From assembly GCF_001949145.1 (NCBI RefSeq), contig NW_019091366.1, positions 2,899,627 through 2,963,626 of the forward strand: 64,000 nucleotides of DNA, in the 5' to 3' direction. Shown piece by piece: positions 14,691 to 28,600 of the stretch (positions are counted from its first letter, which is position 1; every line of letters starts with the position of its first letter). This DNA is from Acanthaster planci (lineage: Eukaryota). A program made the position numbers and the translations under genes. The notes beneath the pieces were generated by a model. It saw only the letters and a program-made list of their open reading frames with translations. It had not been told where the DNA came from and ran no database searches.

Positions 14691-17600
14691 TTACCCTACT
14701 GGTAAATATACTAACTGTACATAGGCCTACAATACATGTATGTACATGTACAGTACATGCTTACAGAATGCTGTAGCTAAAGAGACTTGATATGTCGACA
14801 TCTAGGGCTTGGTACATATTGTGTTATGTTTACCGTAAGATGACCCATGTTATGTCTGTGTACTTGTTGACTTTTCCTGTCCTAGGAAAGAGATTACAAT
14901 TCACTGAATGGTAAACCAGTCATCTAGGGTCATAACCTGAGTTCCCTGGTTACCAATTGTAAGCACAGCCTGGGGAAACCATTCATACATGCATGTATGC
15001 TATACTTTACAGTCCATAGTTTTTGCATGTGTTGAACATTTTGGTGATTTGGTTTTTTTAATGAAGAAGCAGGTTCACCAATCTTGGGGTTATGTTTGAT
15101 AATCACATGCATGTACATCGCAGTATTATATTATTGATGACTTTTGTTTGAAATGGAAGAACAGTTACATTGTACTCCTGCATTATCTTAGGATATAACA
15201 TGTAACCCCCAGGTTTTTTGCTAGGCACCATCCTCAGTCCTTCAAAATCCTCTTATTATCCATGTAAGAAAATCGTATTCGGCCTCAATCCTCCGAAATC
15301 CTCAAATATTTCTTTAATATCCTCCTTTGAGGGGTGCCCACTGCCTCAATCCTTAAAAATCCCCCAACTGTTCTTGTCATGTTAAGGTGGTGCGAATGAT
15401 ATCCTCTAGCAATATGGGGGATATCACATACATGTATTATGTAGGCATGAATTTATGCATGGCTGTGCACAAACAACACAAGGTCTGCTCCACAACCTTG
15501 ACACAATGCATCCTTCATAAATCCACCAAGAGGATTTTGTAAGATTGAGGAGGGTTAGGGTTCAAAAGCTTACCTTGTATAATTTAGGAACCCTGGAATA
15601 AAATGGGGTAAACATACAGAAAACATACTGGTACATGTAGATGGAGGAATACGGTGTGTACATTGGTTGTCTATTTGCTGGGATTACATGTGCAAGTGGA
15701 TGGTTACCAAGACTCTAGGTCACATACAACCACAAATGAGATTGCACCTTTCTCCCTAGGCATACCCTACTGATAATTTCATTCACTTGCTACCAAGAAG
15801 CTCTCAAATTAATAACTCCCCAAAGGATCTTTCCCTTTTTTTGATATTCATGGATTTTTTGTAAGATGGAGGTGATGATATGTTTTCCAAAAGGACGCTG
15901 GAATGAGTTTTGCTGGGTAATGCAATAACCTCTGATGTGGAAGGAACCAGTGTACTTTGTATTCAGTGAAGTCGGCTTACAAAAATCGACTTTCAAATTA
16001 TTAGTGATAAAAATGAAGAGTGCAATGCGCAGTGTTACTTGAAAGAGTGGTGCCATTGAGATACAATTGATTTGCAAATTTAGTTAATTTGATTCAGTAC
16101 AGTCCCCATTAGCATATGTGTTGTCACTTTGTGTTGAATTGTAAAGTAAACGATACATTGCAGGTTGTACATACCGGTATGTAAAGGTGGGGCTAAATAA
16201 GCCGTAGAGATGCAATGACCTACATGTAGGCTACCTTATTACACATATTGCAAGAGCGTTGAAGAAATAAATGTACCAAAACACCTTTAAATGAACAGTT
16301 CAGTAAATTGTCTTGAGAAATGACATTATGTTTCATGCCTTGGTGTAGCCTTTGCAAAAATTTTGTACATAATGTACATGTAGTTCGGATGTTCATTGTG
16401 TTAATACCTCTTTCTTTGAAATGCCCCTCTTTTTGCAAATCAAGGTTTCGGACAATGTATATAATCCTTTGGCCATTTGATGGTTTCTATGGCAAAGTAA
16501 ACAAAAATAATTGTGACCGGACATTTCAAAACCATGCAGAAGACTTGTAAGCTGGAAGGCAATACCAGTATACACATGAACAATAAAAACTGTGCAATTT
16601 TCATCATTGCCCGTAACTACATGTACATGTACCAAAGCCTTTAGCTGTATAAAATGCTTTTACAATGGATCACTTTGAAGTACAAATTTTAACAATTGAG
16701 AGGAATTGTTGAACTTTTAAGTTACTTACATCAGATTGATGTTGGCATGCTGGTCCATCATTTTGGAGTTTGTCTTATGAGTAACAAAAGATCAATATCA
16801 AAATACTTGTATATAAAGAAGGAACACAAAGCAATGGAAGGTGGCATCTTCCTTTCCCTTCATGACCAGAATGCATCTTTATGATGTTACCTAGTCTTCA
16901 CTGCACGACATGGTGATGGTTCCAACTCAAGTAAAGGTGGCATTGAATTATCCAAATCCATCCGGTGGATGAAACACGAGCCTGCATTTCTGCTGAGTGG
17001 TGCTTCGTCTTGTACTTCACTCACACGGCTTGCTGTTTTGGAATCATTGACCCTGTCCTGACTGGTGCTTTTCCTTGGATTTTTGTTGTCAAGCGTTTCC
17101 TGTCTTCACCATTTTATTTTTCCCTTGCGCACCATTATTAATTATTTTAGAAATGGAGTGTCTCAATTAAAAAATCATACTGTTTTGTGAAATTAACTTT
17201 GAAAAGATGCCAATGCTTAAATTCATTTACAGGATGTCTGTGTATTGAGGCACTGTGAAATGTAAGATTTCCATTTCATTTTTTGGGTTACTTCCTTTAT
17301 TCAGTTGAATCGCCATACACTCAATCAGCATTGTCTGTAAGTATGCATAGAGAATATGGAATTGCCTACCAGCATACTTCACATTGTGTTTTCTATTTTT
17401 ACTTTGTAATTAATATTACTAGCTGAACCCAAAGGCACAATGTAATTATCACAAAACCCAAGTGTAGTATATTATTGGCTTTAAACTTGGAGAATTTATG
17501 AATTCACTGGTTGCTCTTGACTGCTCATGAAAACCACCATATTTTTTTCTGATGCATTATATACGGAAACTGGAATAGGAGATTTTTGTTTTTGTAGTGT

Positions 17601-20600
17601 TTCCCGAATATTTAGGAGAATCAAGTTTTAATTATTGGCGCAGACTACCAGAACATGAACTTGTATTTTTTCTGTTCTCTATGTATGCATGTGAAGAAAT
17701 GCAGTGGATATATTTGAAGGAGCAGCATGTTATTAAAAAAATATGGGAGGAAATGATCCGTAGCTCAGTAAATAATGTAATCTTAGTGGATCAAAATCTC
17801 CTTAACATACTTAGCCCATACCGCTGGCAAATCCATCTGAGGAGCGCTTCATGTCTTGCAGTCAATGTGTTCTGACTGTAGCTGACGTCATGTTCCATTC
17901 AGATGCATTCAGTGATCTATTTTCAACACACTCTAGTTTTTAATATAAAGGGAATTTTCTGAGACGATAACATCTTCAGAAAACAAACCTGCAATGCAAA
18001 TAACATACTTTCAACTGTAATGTGTTCATGTTAAGCCCCCTTTTCTTGTCTACCAGAGCTTTTCTGTGATTAGTGACTGTCTTCTACATTTACTAATGGG
18101 TAATTCCAGAAATTAGGGGTCCATTTTTTTGTGTCCCTGGCACATCCGACATATGATTTTGTAAGTTCAGAATACATTTTCTAATTTCCAAGAGTGGTGA
18201 ATTAATGCAAATTACCTGCCAAATAAACACTGATAGTTTTAAATTAATTCCAGTGATACTTCCATGTCAAATAACAAAAGTCAGATGTAACAGGGACACA
18301 AAAATGTCACACTTTTGGACCCCTGATCACTGGAATTACATTGTACCCTAATGCATTTAAATTTTTCACATGGTAAATGTTACCCTGACCCTATCTGTTT
18401 TTGTCCAAATTTTGTACCTGTAACTGCTCATGTCAGACATTGCGTGTCAAGTGGTGACAAAAGTGCTGCCATATAATTTCCAGCGAATATGAAAATTTAA
18501 TGAGTTGATGGGATGCAGGTAAGTCTTTGGATTAAGAGATCAGCTGGAATGATGCAGTTTGCTGTCTTCTCTCTTGAACTGAATTCTGTTTCACTGTTTT
18601 CTAATTCTAAGAACCTTTTGTATGCATATCATGATGTGATATGAAGAGGAGAAATGACCACATGACTTGAAATTAGGAAGTGTAAGCGTTATAAGTAAAT
18701 GTTGGGAATTTAACAGGTAAAAAACAGAAATTGAAAGATGGGAATGGAATTCAACAATTTCTTCCATTTTCATGTGTACAGATAGTATTTTGAAATCATA
18801 GAATAGGCTCATAAGACAGATTCTCAGTGAAGTGTAGTCATTCATTTTTCTAGAACTTTGCGTTGTACTTTCAACAACAATTTATCTATTACTAACATTA
18901 GACTCAATAGACACTTTGTGGTAACAAGCATGATACCTCATTGCTTCTGTGGTTTACCAAGCAATAAAATATCATACAAACATAGGCAACGGTTACAATT
19001 TAAAGCAGTTTGTAGTTTCTGAAATCCTGGTAAAATTATCTTTTTTTGATCATATTTGTTTAATCATGAAAGCATTTGATTTATGCGTCTTTCATCTTAG
19101 TTAATGAGCATCTGTAGCATAAATTGTTCCAGTCTTACATTTACAGAAACTATTTAAATTCACATGGTGTACATGTGTATGGTAAGTGCATGTATCATGT
19201 CTTAGGTTTTAGTGCATGGAATTGAAGACAATTAAGTTGTACAGCATCTGTATCTTAACAGAAATTGCTCAGAGATCAGTGACTTACAATTACCTCCATT
19301 AACCTTAGAACTTTCTTAGAGCCTCATTAATATCACAGCTTCACACCTTTGTCAGTATCCTGATCCTCCCAGAGATAATGACAAACAGTCTCCTTATTAC
19401 ACTCTCATATTGGGAATAAATCAAGGATGTGTTACCTTCGCTCAGGTTTGCTGAATGGTAGCAATGCCTGATCACAGTAGTTTCTTCATCTTAAGATTAT
19501 CTTTACTCATAATTGCTCTCGTAATTTTTGGGAAAATGGTGCTGATTGCTGTGTAATGACCTATAACATTATACTGGAATACAATATGACCCATAATGCA
19601 TTTTACCTCTTCCTGCACTTCTGTGCATCAGACCAGTTGGTAATTATCCTTTGCATTCAGACAGCAATTTCTATTGCTATTTCTAATGCAATACCACTTG
19701 TAATTTGGATGGAGGGACCTGAGTGCATGGGGCATGTGTATTAGGGGTCATCCAGTTTTGTTATCATTTTTACAAGTGTTCAAAGTGTACTCTTTTCCTG
19801 GCCCCCCTCCTCTCTAAAAGAGGACAAAATAAAATGATGATTTCTCTGTGGTGCCTGAGGACCATTCGAACTCACAATGTACAGCTGTTTATGTGCAGTA
19901 GACGACCAGAAGATAGTGGCAGGAGGAAACACAGTGTCCATGACAGACCTCGACATTCATCGTTTTCCGATTGCCCAAGAAAATTTCTTCTTTCAGTTTG
20001 GGCTAGTAAAAACTAAGGACAAATTGCCCGATGGACAGGTACTTTTTCTTAATTTTTTCTTAAAATAAAAGTGTCCATTTTTTGTGGCCAAGAATAGCAG
20101 TCAGCAAAATGTACCTTTGATTTGATTTTTTTTCTCTTCACAAAAGCTTATAAAAAGTGGTAAAAAGTGTGTACATATACAAACTTGTGTGCATTAAGCA
20201 AGCTGTACATTTAGCAGGGCATCTTTCCACACAAGGGAAAATGCGTGCATACATGTACATACACTGTAAAATACTCCTCTGTCTGGGTATCATACCTCAT
20301 TGAACGCAAGGTGCAGCGGAGCTTTGGGGGAACCATGAAGACTGTTTCATACGTGACTGTGATTTCAACGTTAGTGAATTTTGCCTGCTACTTGTGTGTG
20401 TACTTTTTTCATATATGATACCAGTCAAAATCGTCAAGTGGTTAAGAAATAGCCGTTACTGGAGCTTGTATGAATGATGTATCAGAGTCATGCACACTCT
20501 CTGCACACACAATAGTTTGGGGTGATAGTTGGCCGGTCTATGATAATCGTCATTTGTAACATGTTTCTAAAGTGTTCGCAACCAATTCACCCCTTCCCCC

Positions 20601-22151
20601 AAGCATACGGTTTGTACACTTGTGAAAATGGATGACCCCTTATGTCCAGGTATGATCCAAATTTTGTCATTTTAATATCAGTTGATAAAAGAATTTGTTG
20701 GACTAGATGGCACCATGCCTAGAGTGTTGCGATGATTGCTTGCTTGATATATAGCATCAGTGACCTGATAACCAAGCTCAATTTGGGACATCATAAATTT
20801 TCTCAAACTGTGGTTCCTTGCAGCATGTCCATACATAATTCAAATCAAATTTTCTCTTCCTCTGAATTTATTCCAGGTGGTTTTCAAGCAGTCAGTTATG
20901 ACCCACAACAAATCAAATAAATGAACTCTGACTGAATGTTGCTGGTTACTGACTTAACTTTCCCTAAATATTTCTGTTCTCACTAAAGGTTTTAAAATTT
21001 GACATGAAGTATCTATTCAGACTGCATAATTAAGTACATGTATTTTCACAGTCGGTGGCTAGGTAACATACAAGTACATGTAGCAAGACTACCAGACTGG
21101 CTTATGTGAGGTTTTTATGTTACATTGATTGCAAACAATATTTGCCATGTACTTAGCAAATGCAATTTCTAATACCTTTTCAGTCTTTGAACATGAAGTG
21201 GAAAAATTTTCCTACTTGACTTTGCTTTTATTTTTATCTTTTGTATAACTTTCTAAAAGATTCTGGAAAGATTAAACAAAAATGTGATCCTGCATACTAC
21301 ATGGGCTTAAAATGATGCATAGTCTACAAGAATTGAAGACCTGTGCAGGTCTCATGCAGTGCTATATATATAGACCCAATGCAAGGTGATCAATTTTATT
21401 GATGAAAACATATCACTGGCTGTTTAGAGGTGATGATTCCACACTGCTTTAGGGTCAGTGAAGGCTGTTTTACTAAACTACTTCCTATTTTCAACGCTCA
21501 CGGGCAAATTTTCTGTTCACACCATTTTCCTCTGGAACGTGACCTGGCGCTAGATGTTGGGCTGGAATTGTGAATAATTTTAGGCCACATGAACGTATTT
21601 TTAAAACTAGAACTTGCTGAAGAATATCGAAGTAGTAGTTCTCAGTTGGAAGGAAGTATACTCAGTGCCTCAGTTAGGTCCTCTTGCAATCATGGAACCT
21701 CATTTCTCCCCTCACACTTTCACCCAGAGCTGCTTGTTTTTAACCTTCTTGAAGAGTTAAACAAATTTTGAGACATGTTTGTGCCACACTTATTACATTT
21801 GTGGATGTTCAGTGTTGCAGTTATTGAATGCATGCAGAAGTTTAATTTGGATCGTACTCTTGATAAAATGGCTTCGATGTGCTCATCTTTGCCAGATGAA
21901 TAGTTTCAAGGCTTGTGTGTACATCAAAGTACATTCTTCTTGATTCGTTGTTATATTCATTAGTTTTTCAGGTGTTTGTCTTAAAGCCCATGATGTACAC
22001 TGGACATGTGTGTCTTGATTAAACTTATTTCAGTACAAATTGAAGTTTCCAGCTGGAATTAGCTGAATTTGTATTTTTGTTGCCAAGCTTTTGGGCATTG
22101 TTGGTTCATTGTTTTTCTTGCTACTTGCATAGGATTATGATCAGATTTCAG

Positions 22152-22650
22152 AGTTGTAACGAGTCACTAATTATTGTGACTTGAGTCAGTCCAGACTCCA
22201 GTTGAGTCATTGTAACATGACTCGAGTCGAGTTGAATCAGGCAAAAAAGTTGAGTCAAGTATTTAGCTCAAGTCAATTTGAATCACAAACATTTGAACAC
22301 AATTTGATAAACAAAAGCAAGAGAGAAAGCTATTTTTTGTCTCTTTAAAATTTTGTTCATAAAATGTGGTCACACCATCCTTTACTCTTGATAAAACACA
22401 TGACACCAACATTATATACTGGCACTGTAAGTCATTACAAATATTACAATGAAGTTTGCTTTTACTTTGAAATTCGAGTCTAATTAACTTTCACTTGAGT
22501 CCGGTCTTCTTATGAGGGACTCAAGTCAAGTTGAGTTATTTGCTCGCAGTGACTCGAGTCACGTACCCTTCGGGATTTTGATTCAAGTCACCAAAATTGT
22601 AACTCAAGTTGGACTTGTGTCGAGTCATTGACTTGAGTCATTGCAACAGT
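22152..22650. mobile_element. MITE-like non-autonomous DNA transposon, about 0.5 kb, with imperfect terminal inverted repeats and palindromic TGACTCGAGTCA subterminal motifs.
   Basis: The 5' end gagttgtaacgagtcactaattattgtgacttgagtca roughly matches the reverse complement of the 3' end (ctgttgcaatgactcaagtcaatgactcgac). GAGTCA/TGACTC motifs are repeated more than 15 times near both ends. The core is AT-rich and non-coding. Confidence 0.4.
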
Positions 22651-25600
22651 GGTGACCAACGCTTGGAACCTTGGTTATACAGTACATGTATAAATACATG
22701 CAAGTGTGGTTTTTATATTTTTGTGCATTATTCAGTTTTGCAGTATTGCATTTGGATGCCATCACAGCTTACTGCAATGTAGGTTGATTTAATCGCATTG
22801 CACTTCCACATTCAGAGAGGCCAAGCCTACATTACTTCAGAAAACTTTCCAATTGTCTTATGACTACTGTAATTTAGTGTAAATTCCCTTTGACCAGTAT
22901 TTCCATGTAGTTTCTGCATATTAACCATTGATGATATCAAGCATCACTGGAGAATGTACATGCACATGTGGATTTGCTGTGCACTGTTACACACGTGAGG
23001 GCTCAAGTTCTTTCTCTTCAAAGGTTACCCAGACAAAAGAATGGCACACCCCAACAATTGGCCAGCCATCAGCTGGTACCTAACAATAGACTATTACAAA
23101 GGACACTTGTCTCCAGATGTTGAATCAATGGAACTGTGGAACCCAAAGAATGTCCTTGAAGCCCACAGTCTGCTGGCTGTACAGGTGGTAGATGCACTGC
23201 CTGGTGAGAGGTGAAGTGTCTTGGGAGTGCAACAGCTGGCAATAGGAAGGATATGTCCACTGATAATCAAAATGTTGTGATATAAAAGAGAAAAAGCCAC
23301 ATTGTCTTTAATTTGTTACACTTGTTAAGTAAAAACTCAATTATTTGTGCCTTTGAAGTAGATGCACTGGACTTGGTAATCTGATTGGTCTCAGGATGTT
23401 TAGATTAAACACAGAGGTACAGAAATACCTAAATCTGCTGTATGTCTGCAAATTGGAACCCCGTGGGACAGATTCCAACAGTGATAATTTCTCTTTAGTG
23501 TCTAAGATCTTTTGCGTTTAATCAAATTTGAAGATTGCTTAGAGTTTTGAATGCTTCGCAAAGGGATAGATGGTTTTACACTTCAAGCCCTAGACAACAT
23601 GTATTTATGGCAGTCACAACATTGATTGTTCACTCTGGAAGATCAAGCCTGAGATTGTTATGAACACTGAATAACAAATCTCCTACAAGCTTAAGTAATG
23701 CATATGATCCAAAAAGGATTTGGCATTTTAAAATTGTCAGTAGTTTAATTTCATCTCAACTCTTGCCCTGACCTTTTAAAAAGCTTGAATCTTTTACACA
23801 TATTATTGAGAACATTGTTCTTATTTGCTGTGAAACAATGTGAGAAATACTGCTGTGCAATGGACAAAGTACTGGAGTTGGTGTGATAGCCTTAAATGTG
23901 TGATAGATGAGAGTTTTTGCACTTTGCCACTTGGGGTTAATTTAAGATCAGTTACAACTTCTGCTTGGGGCCAGATCAGAAATATGGATTAGAGAGGTTT
24001 CTTGAAGTAGTTTCTTTGGAAACCTTAATCCATTTAATCTAATGTCAATCAGGATTTAATTATTAATTGTTGATATAGAATTCTTGAGCATGAGGCTAAT
24101 GGTGACATTAAATAAAATATGTACTGTTCATGATAAATACTTACATGTAGATAACGCTGATTCGAGAAGGTGAGCGTTGTCTGATCTGGTTAAGAGTGAT
24201 TGCAGTGGACATCGGCCAAAAACCTAGCCTTACATGTTCACCATCCGTCCATTCTCAATTATCCAACTGGCCACGCAGATGCTTGATGAAGCAATCCTAG
24301 CCTAAGGATCCGGGGTCTTGGCCAGAGTGTTTACTCAGTGCTTGCCTGTTAATGGGGGAACAAGTGTCAGCACTGACATCTGGTATGGCTAGGCCACTGG
24401 TTGCAAGGGGGAAACTCCAACCATCCTCACTCTGGATGTGACTTGATCGATTTGTATCGAGAAAGAAGCACCAGGATCAATGGCCAACTCTTGAGGGGAT
24501 GGCGCTCCATGATAGAGTTGAGAGTTATTACACATAGATAGCACTAATCTAAAAATGGGGAAAAAGAAACTGCCTAATCTGTTAGCTGAGATTGAAGTTT
24601 CTGGATTTTGATTTTTTTTATGTTCTGGAAAAAGCTCTTATACCATATGTTGCTTGCATAATTCCCCATTTGATTACTTTTGGAAACAGTCCTCTGAATC
24701 CTGAATTTAACTTTAGCAAAATATAATAAACTATTGAATCTACCTGTAGTAAAACTGTTTAATTTAGCAACACTTTAAAAGGTCTTATTATTACTGTTCT
24801 GGTTGCTGAACAAGAATGCAACTCAGAGGAAAAAGTTTAAATGTGTCTCTAGAACTACATTCTGTTTATATTTGAATTGCTCAAGAGTGTCCGTTCCCAT
24901 GATGGCTTTATGGATAGAGTAGTTGGAGGTTTTTGTATTACAAGATCAAACACATCAGTATGTCAGTCAGCAAATACTGACTGAGACTTGCCCTTTAACT
25001 TCTGTGACACTGCTTGAAAAGTGGGATTGAGTGCACAAATGGTGATGACATGATATAGATTATAAAAAGAGCCTGAGCCAACTCTGTGAGTTGCTCTCAA
25101 GACGTTTGCTAGCAAGGTTCCAAATTGTGTAAACCTTTGGCAACATCTTAGATATTTCCCTCGAGACTGTCAAGATAAACATGCAGGAGAATTGGATGAT
25201 GAGGGGGGTGCTAAGTCCATGGCTCCCTGATCCAAGCTCCCATCACCTCTCCAGCTCTCTTCACAATGATAACAATGATGGGGAATGATGCCAGCTTGGG
25301 TCCATGTATATATTCATTAAAGGAGAAGTCATGCATACAGGCAATGGGGTAATCTTACCCATTGGGAGGAATGATTGAAAATGGCAGAGAGTGGAACATC
25401 GTTTGCGTTTTTGGTGAAGCTGAGGGGAATAATCCAGGGAGGAAGGGGCAGACTATTGACCTCTACATATTCTGTTGTTGATATGCATCCTAGAACCAGT
25501 GATACTTATTGCATTCTTCTGATTATGATGTTAACTAATCCTGCATGAACAAGGGATGTGATGTTGTACATGTACATGCAGCATAATCACAGTGGTTAAG

Positions 25601-28600
25601 TTCCTGAAGCCCCAAGGGAGATGTTGCATCAATCACCCTAAGATTCTTGTACTTCTGACTATTTGCATAAGAATTGCAAATATCTACCACTTTTCATACA
25701 GCTGACCTTAATGGATTCCACATACTTTCTTGTACAGTTAGTGTGTTGGAAACCTTGAATGACAGGTAGTGTCATCGCAGGTTCTTGCAAGTATTCAAGT
25801 TACTGTGTGCATTGATGCCTAGCATATGCCAGGTGGTCTTTAAAGAGAAGATGGTCTGAGCAGGTTGCCCCTGACTACTAGTCTTGTCTTGTACAGATTC
25901 TCAGTAGCCACTGTTGCAAGAATGATTCATGTTCCATTGCGGCAATCTTGTTCTCAGGGGAGAAGATTGGGCCAAGGTAAGGAATTATTGGTAAACACAC
26001 TAAGCCAGCGATGCAAGGGTGGTCATGGTCAACTGACGAGGCATGTCTATATGATTAGAAAAATCCTTCCTCTCAGAGGAAGATTACATCCAAGAACTTT
26101 CATTATTGTCTTTGCGGATGTTTCCTGTCCATTCTGTTGATATGCCACAAATAATTACTTATGTTATGGTTGGTAAGATTGTTCATGCTTGGCCTTACGG
26201 TGTGAAGGATGAAACTCCATATGTACACTGAGGGTATGATAGTTCAAAGGAAAGTGTAGAAATCAAACTAATAATTGATCTTCTCAGAGAGTGCTTGATG
26301 TAGGGTAAAAAAAATCGTGATTGGATGAGGGAATAAAGCACTGAGCCACAAAGAACAAGGACTTAATGTAGGTCTCCAATTTTTCTTTCGCACGTGACTC
26401 ACATCTGTCTGAAGTTCATACACGCACATGTTGAACAACCATTTTTAGAAGTAAACCTTATCCGGGAACAAAAACCTAGGAACACTCAAAACTTGTTTTT
26501 CTTAAGTATGTACCAGTCTGAAGAAACCAAGAAGGAATCTAATTGACAAATGTCCCTAGCTTTTGCTTTAGGTATCAGTGTTCATTCACAAGTTGTCGCA
26601 AGTTCACCGGATACCCAATCAATCCTTAATATTTTTTTAACTTGATGTGGTTTGGGTAAATTCACCTGCACAATCAAAAGCCAGGAGAGGTACTGTAGAG
26701 ACTGTTCGATTCAGCATGACTTATTTATTGGTCAGAGACCTCCTTTTTGTTTTTAGAGTGTACTGCATGGCCTTCGGATTCTGTGTATGGCTCCTGTCAG
26801 CATTAATTCCCCTCAGCAAATGGTAGTCAACGTTTACCCGCTTTCAGTGTGCTATCTCTGCTCCTTCCACTCGACTGCCATTTAATGTCTAGATTCAATT
26901 GTCCACTTTTTGAGCCTAGCGGGCAGTGCATGCATAAGCCACTTTAGTCTGCTGTTTGCTCACCTTCTAACCGCCTCTCAAAGGCACGGTACAATTTCCT
27001 GTTAAAATTTCTACAGACAGAAATGATGAGACTGGTCGGTTTATGCAGGCATCAAAGCCACGGAAAATCCCCCTACACTTTGATAAATTTGCCTTGCCAG
27101 CAGTGACTTTTATTGACAAGGTTTTTGTTAAAAATAATGTTATTGAAATTGGTCTAATGGAGGGTTAAACAAAATGAACACATATTTTCACATTAATCAC
27201 AATGCTGTTTACTGTGCTTTTTACTTTTAATAAAATTATATTCATTTATGGTTTAAAGAAATAAACGAGGTACAAAATGACTCAGAGCAGTTCAAGGACC
27301 ATTATTTTGAAGAGGGAGTGCAGTAGAAATTCTGAGAGAACTTCTTAGGTGAAAATGATATGAGCTACATGTATTTATTTTTGTTGAAAATATTGAATGT
27401 AGCTGGCTATATCTGATGATTGCTAGCTCTGCTGCAACTGTTGTTTTTTCAAGCTGTCTCGTCACCTTGTGGACAGAGAAATTTGAATGTCTGAAGAAAA
27501 GGCATGCAATTTACATATATACTTCAAGGATATACTGTACACGTAGTAAACACTTGCTGCCTGCGCTGCCAGTAGCATAGGCAATATTGAGGTGAAGTCT
27601 CCACACCACCATCAATCAAGTATTGCCGTAATATCCCAGTTCCTTATTGCCTTGGAGCCTGACCGACGATCAAGTCAAACCAACCGCCCTAGCCATTCTG
27701 ACAGGGAACTGGCTAATGAAACTGGATGTCTTATTATGCTCGATTGTACCCTTGTAATACATGCTATGCTGATCTGCCTTATAGCTAGTAGCCTGTATTG
27801 TAGTCGGTACCCTGTCATACCCTGGTACTGATAGAGATTGATACCATGTTTCCTGAAACTGAAAATTCTATTAATTCTCAAATCTCTGTGATTAAGAGTG
27901 ATTTAAGAGTGTAAATTGACATCGGATGTGCACTAACAAAAAGCACCGTGCATACTGTTGTTTAGGATGGTAAAACTGGTGAATTATGACTTGGTGTCAT
28001 TGTATGAAACATACATAGTCCTGCAGCTGGGACTTTTTATGGCTTGCACGGCTGGAAGGGAAGTCTAAAAGGCAGGACTCAGATTCAATGAAGCACAGGG
28101 AAATGAGACCCAGAAAACTTGAAAAGGCTGTTTTTTTTTATAGGTTACTTTAATACTTGGCTCTCTACTTGGCATTTCATAGGGCAGATATTCATCAAGA
28201 CTGTTCAGTCTGATTTGCTTTTTTTCTCCCGTGCATTTAGACATTCATACATTCTCAGTATCCCATCTTTATCGCACCCTTGTCCTAATTCCAATCCTTC
28301 CTATCCTTAACCAGCACACATAAAAAAGAGAGTCGGTGAATTTCCTCTCAAAGAATGTTGTATTTACAACCTACATGTATAAAAATGGAAAGAACTGTTG
28401 AGTATTGAGTAGATAAAAGAGTATCCACCATGCAGTCAGTGATTGGCTTAATTTGTCTCCCTGAACTCTGTCTTATATCAGCATGTAAGAAAGGAGGCAA
28501 AACAAGTGTGCAAAAAATCATGAAAGTTCTGTTACATGAAGAGAAAGAGGAAAAAGAGATGGTATCAGCTTGGTAAATGGACAGTATGGCATCTTGGGAT

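Noticed and set aside
19994-20035. Exon-like 42-nt segment (FGLVKTKDKLPDGQ) flanked by a polypyrimidine-AG acceptor and a GT donor, considered as a missing TIA1 RRM1 exon
   Set aside because: Its sequence does not resemble any RRM1 segment (no RNP motifs). It is open in only one frame by chance. It is not supported as part of the gene.
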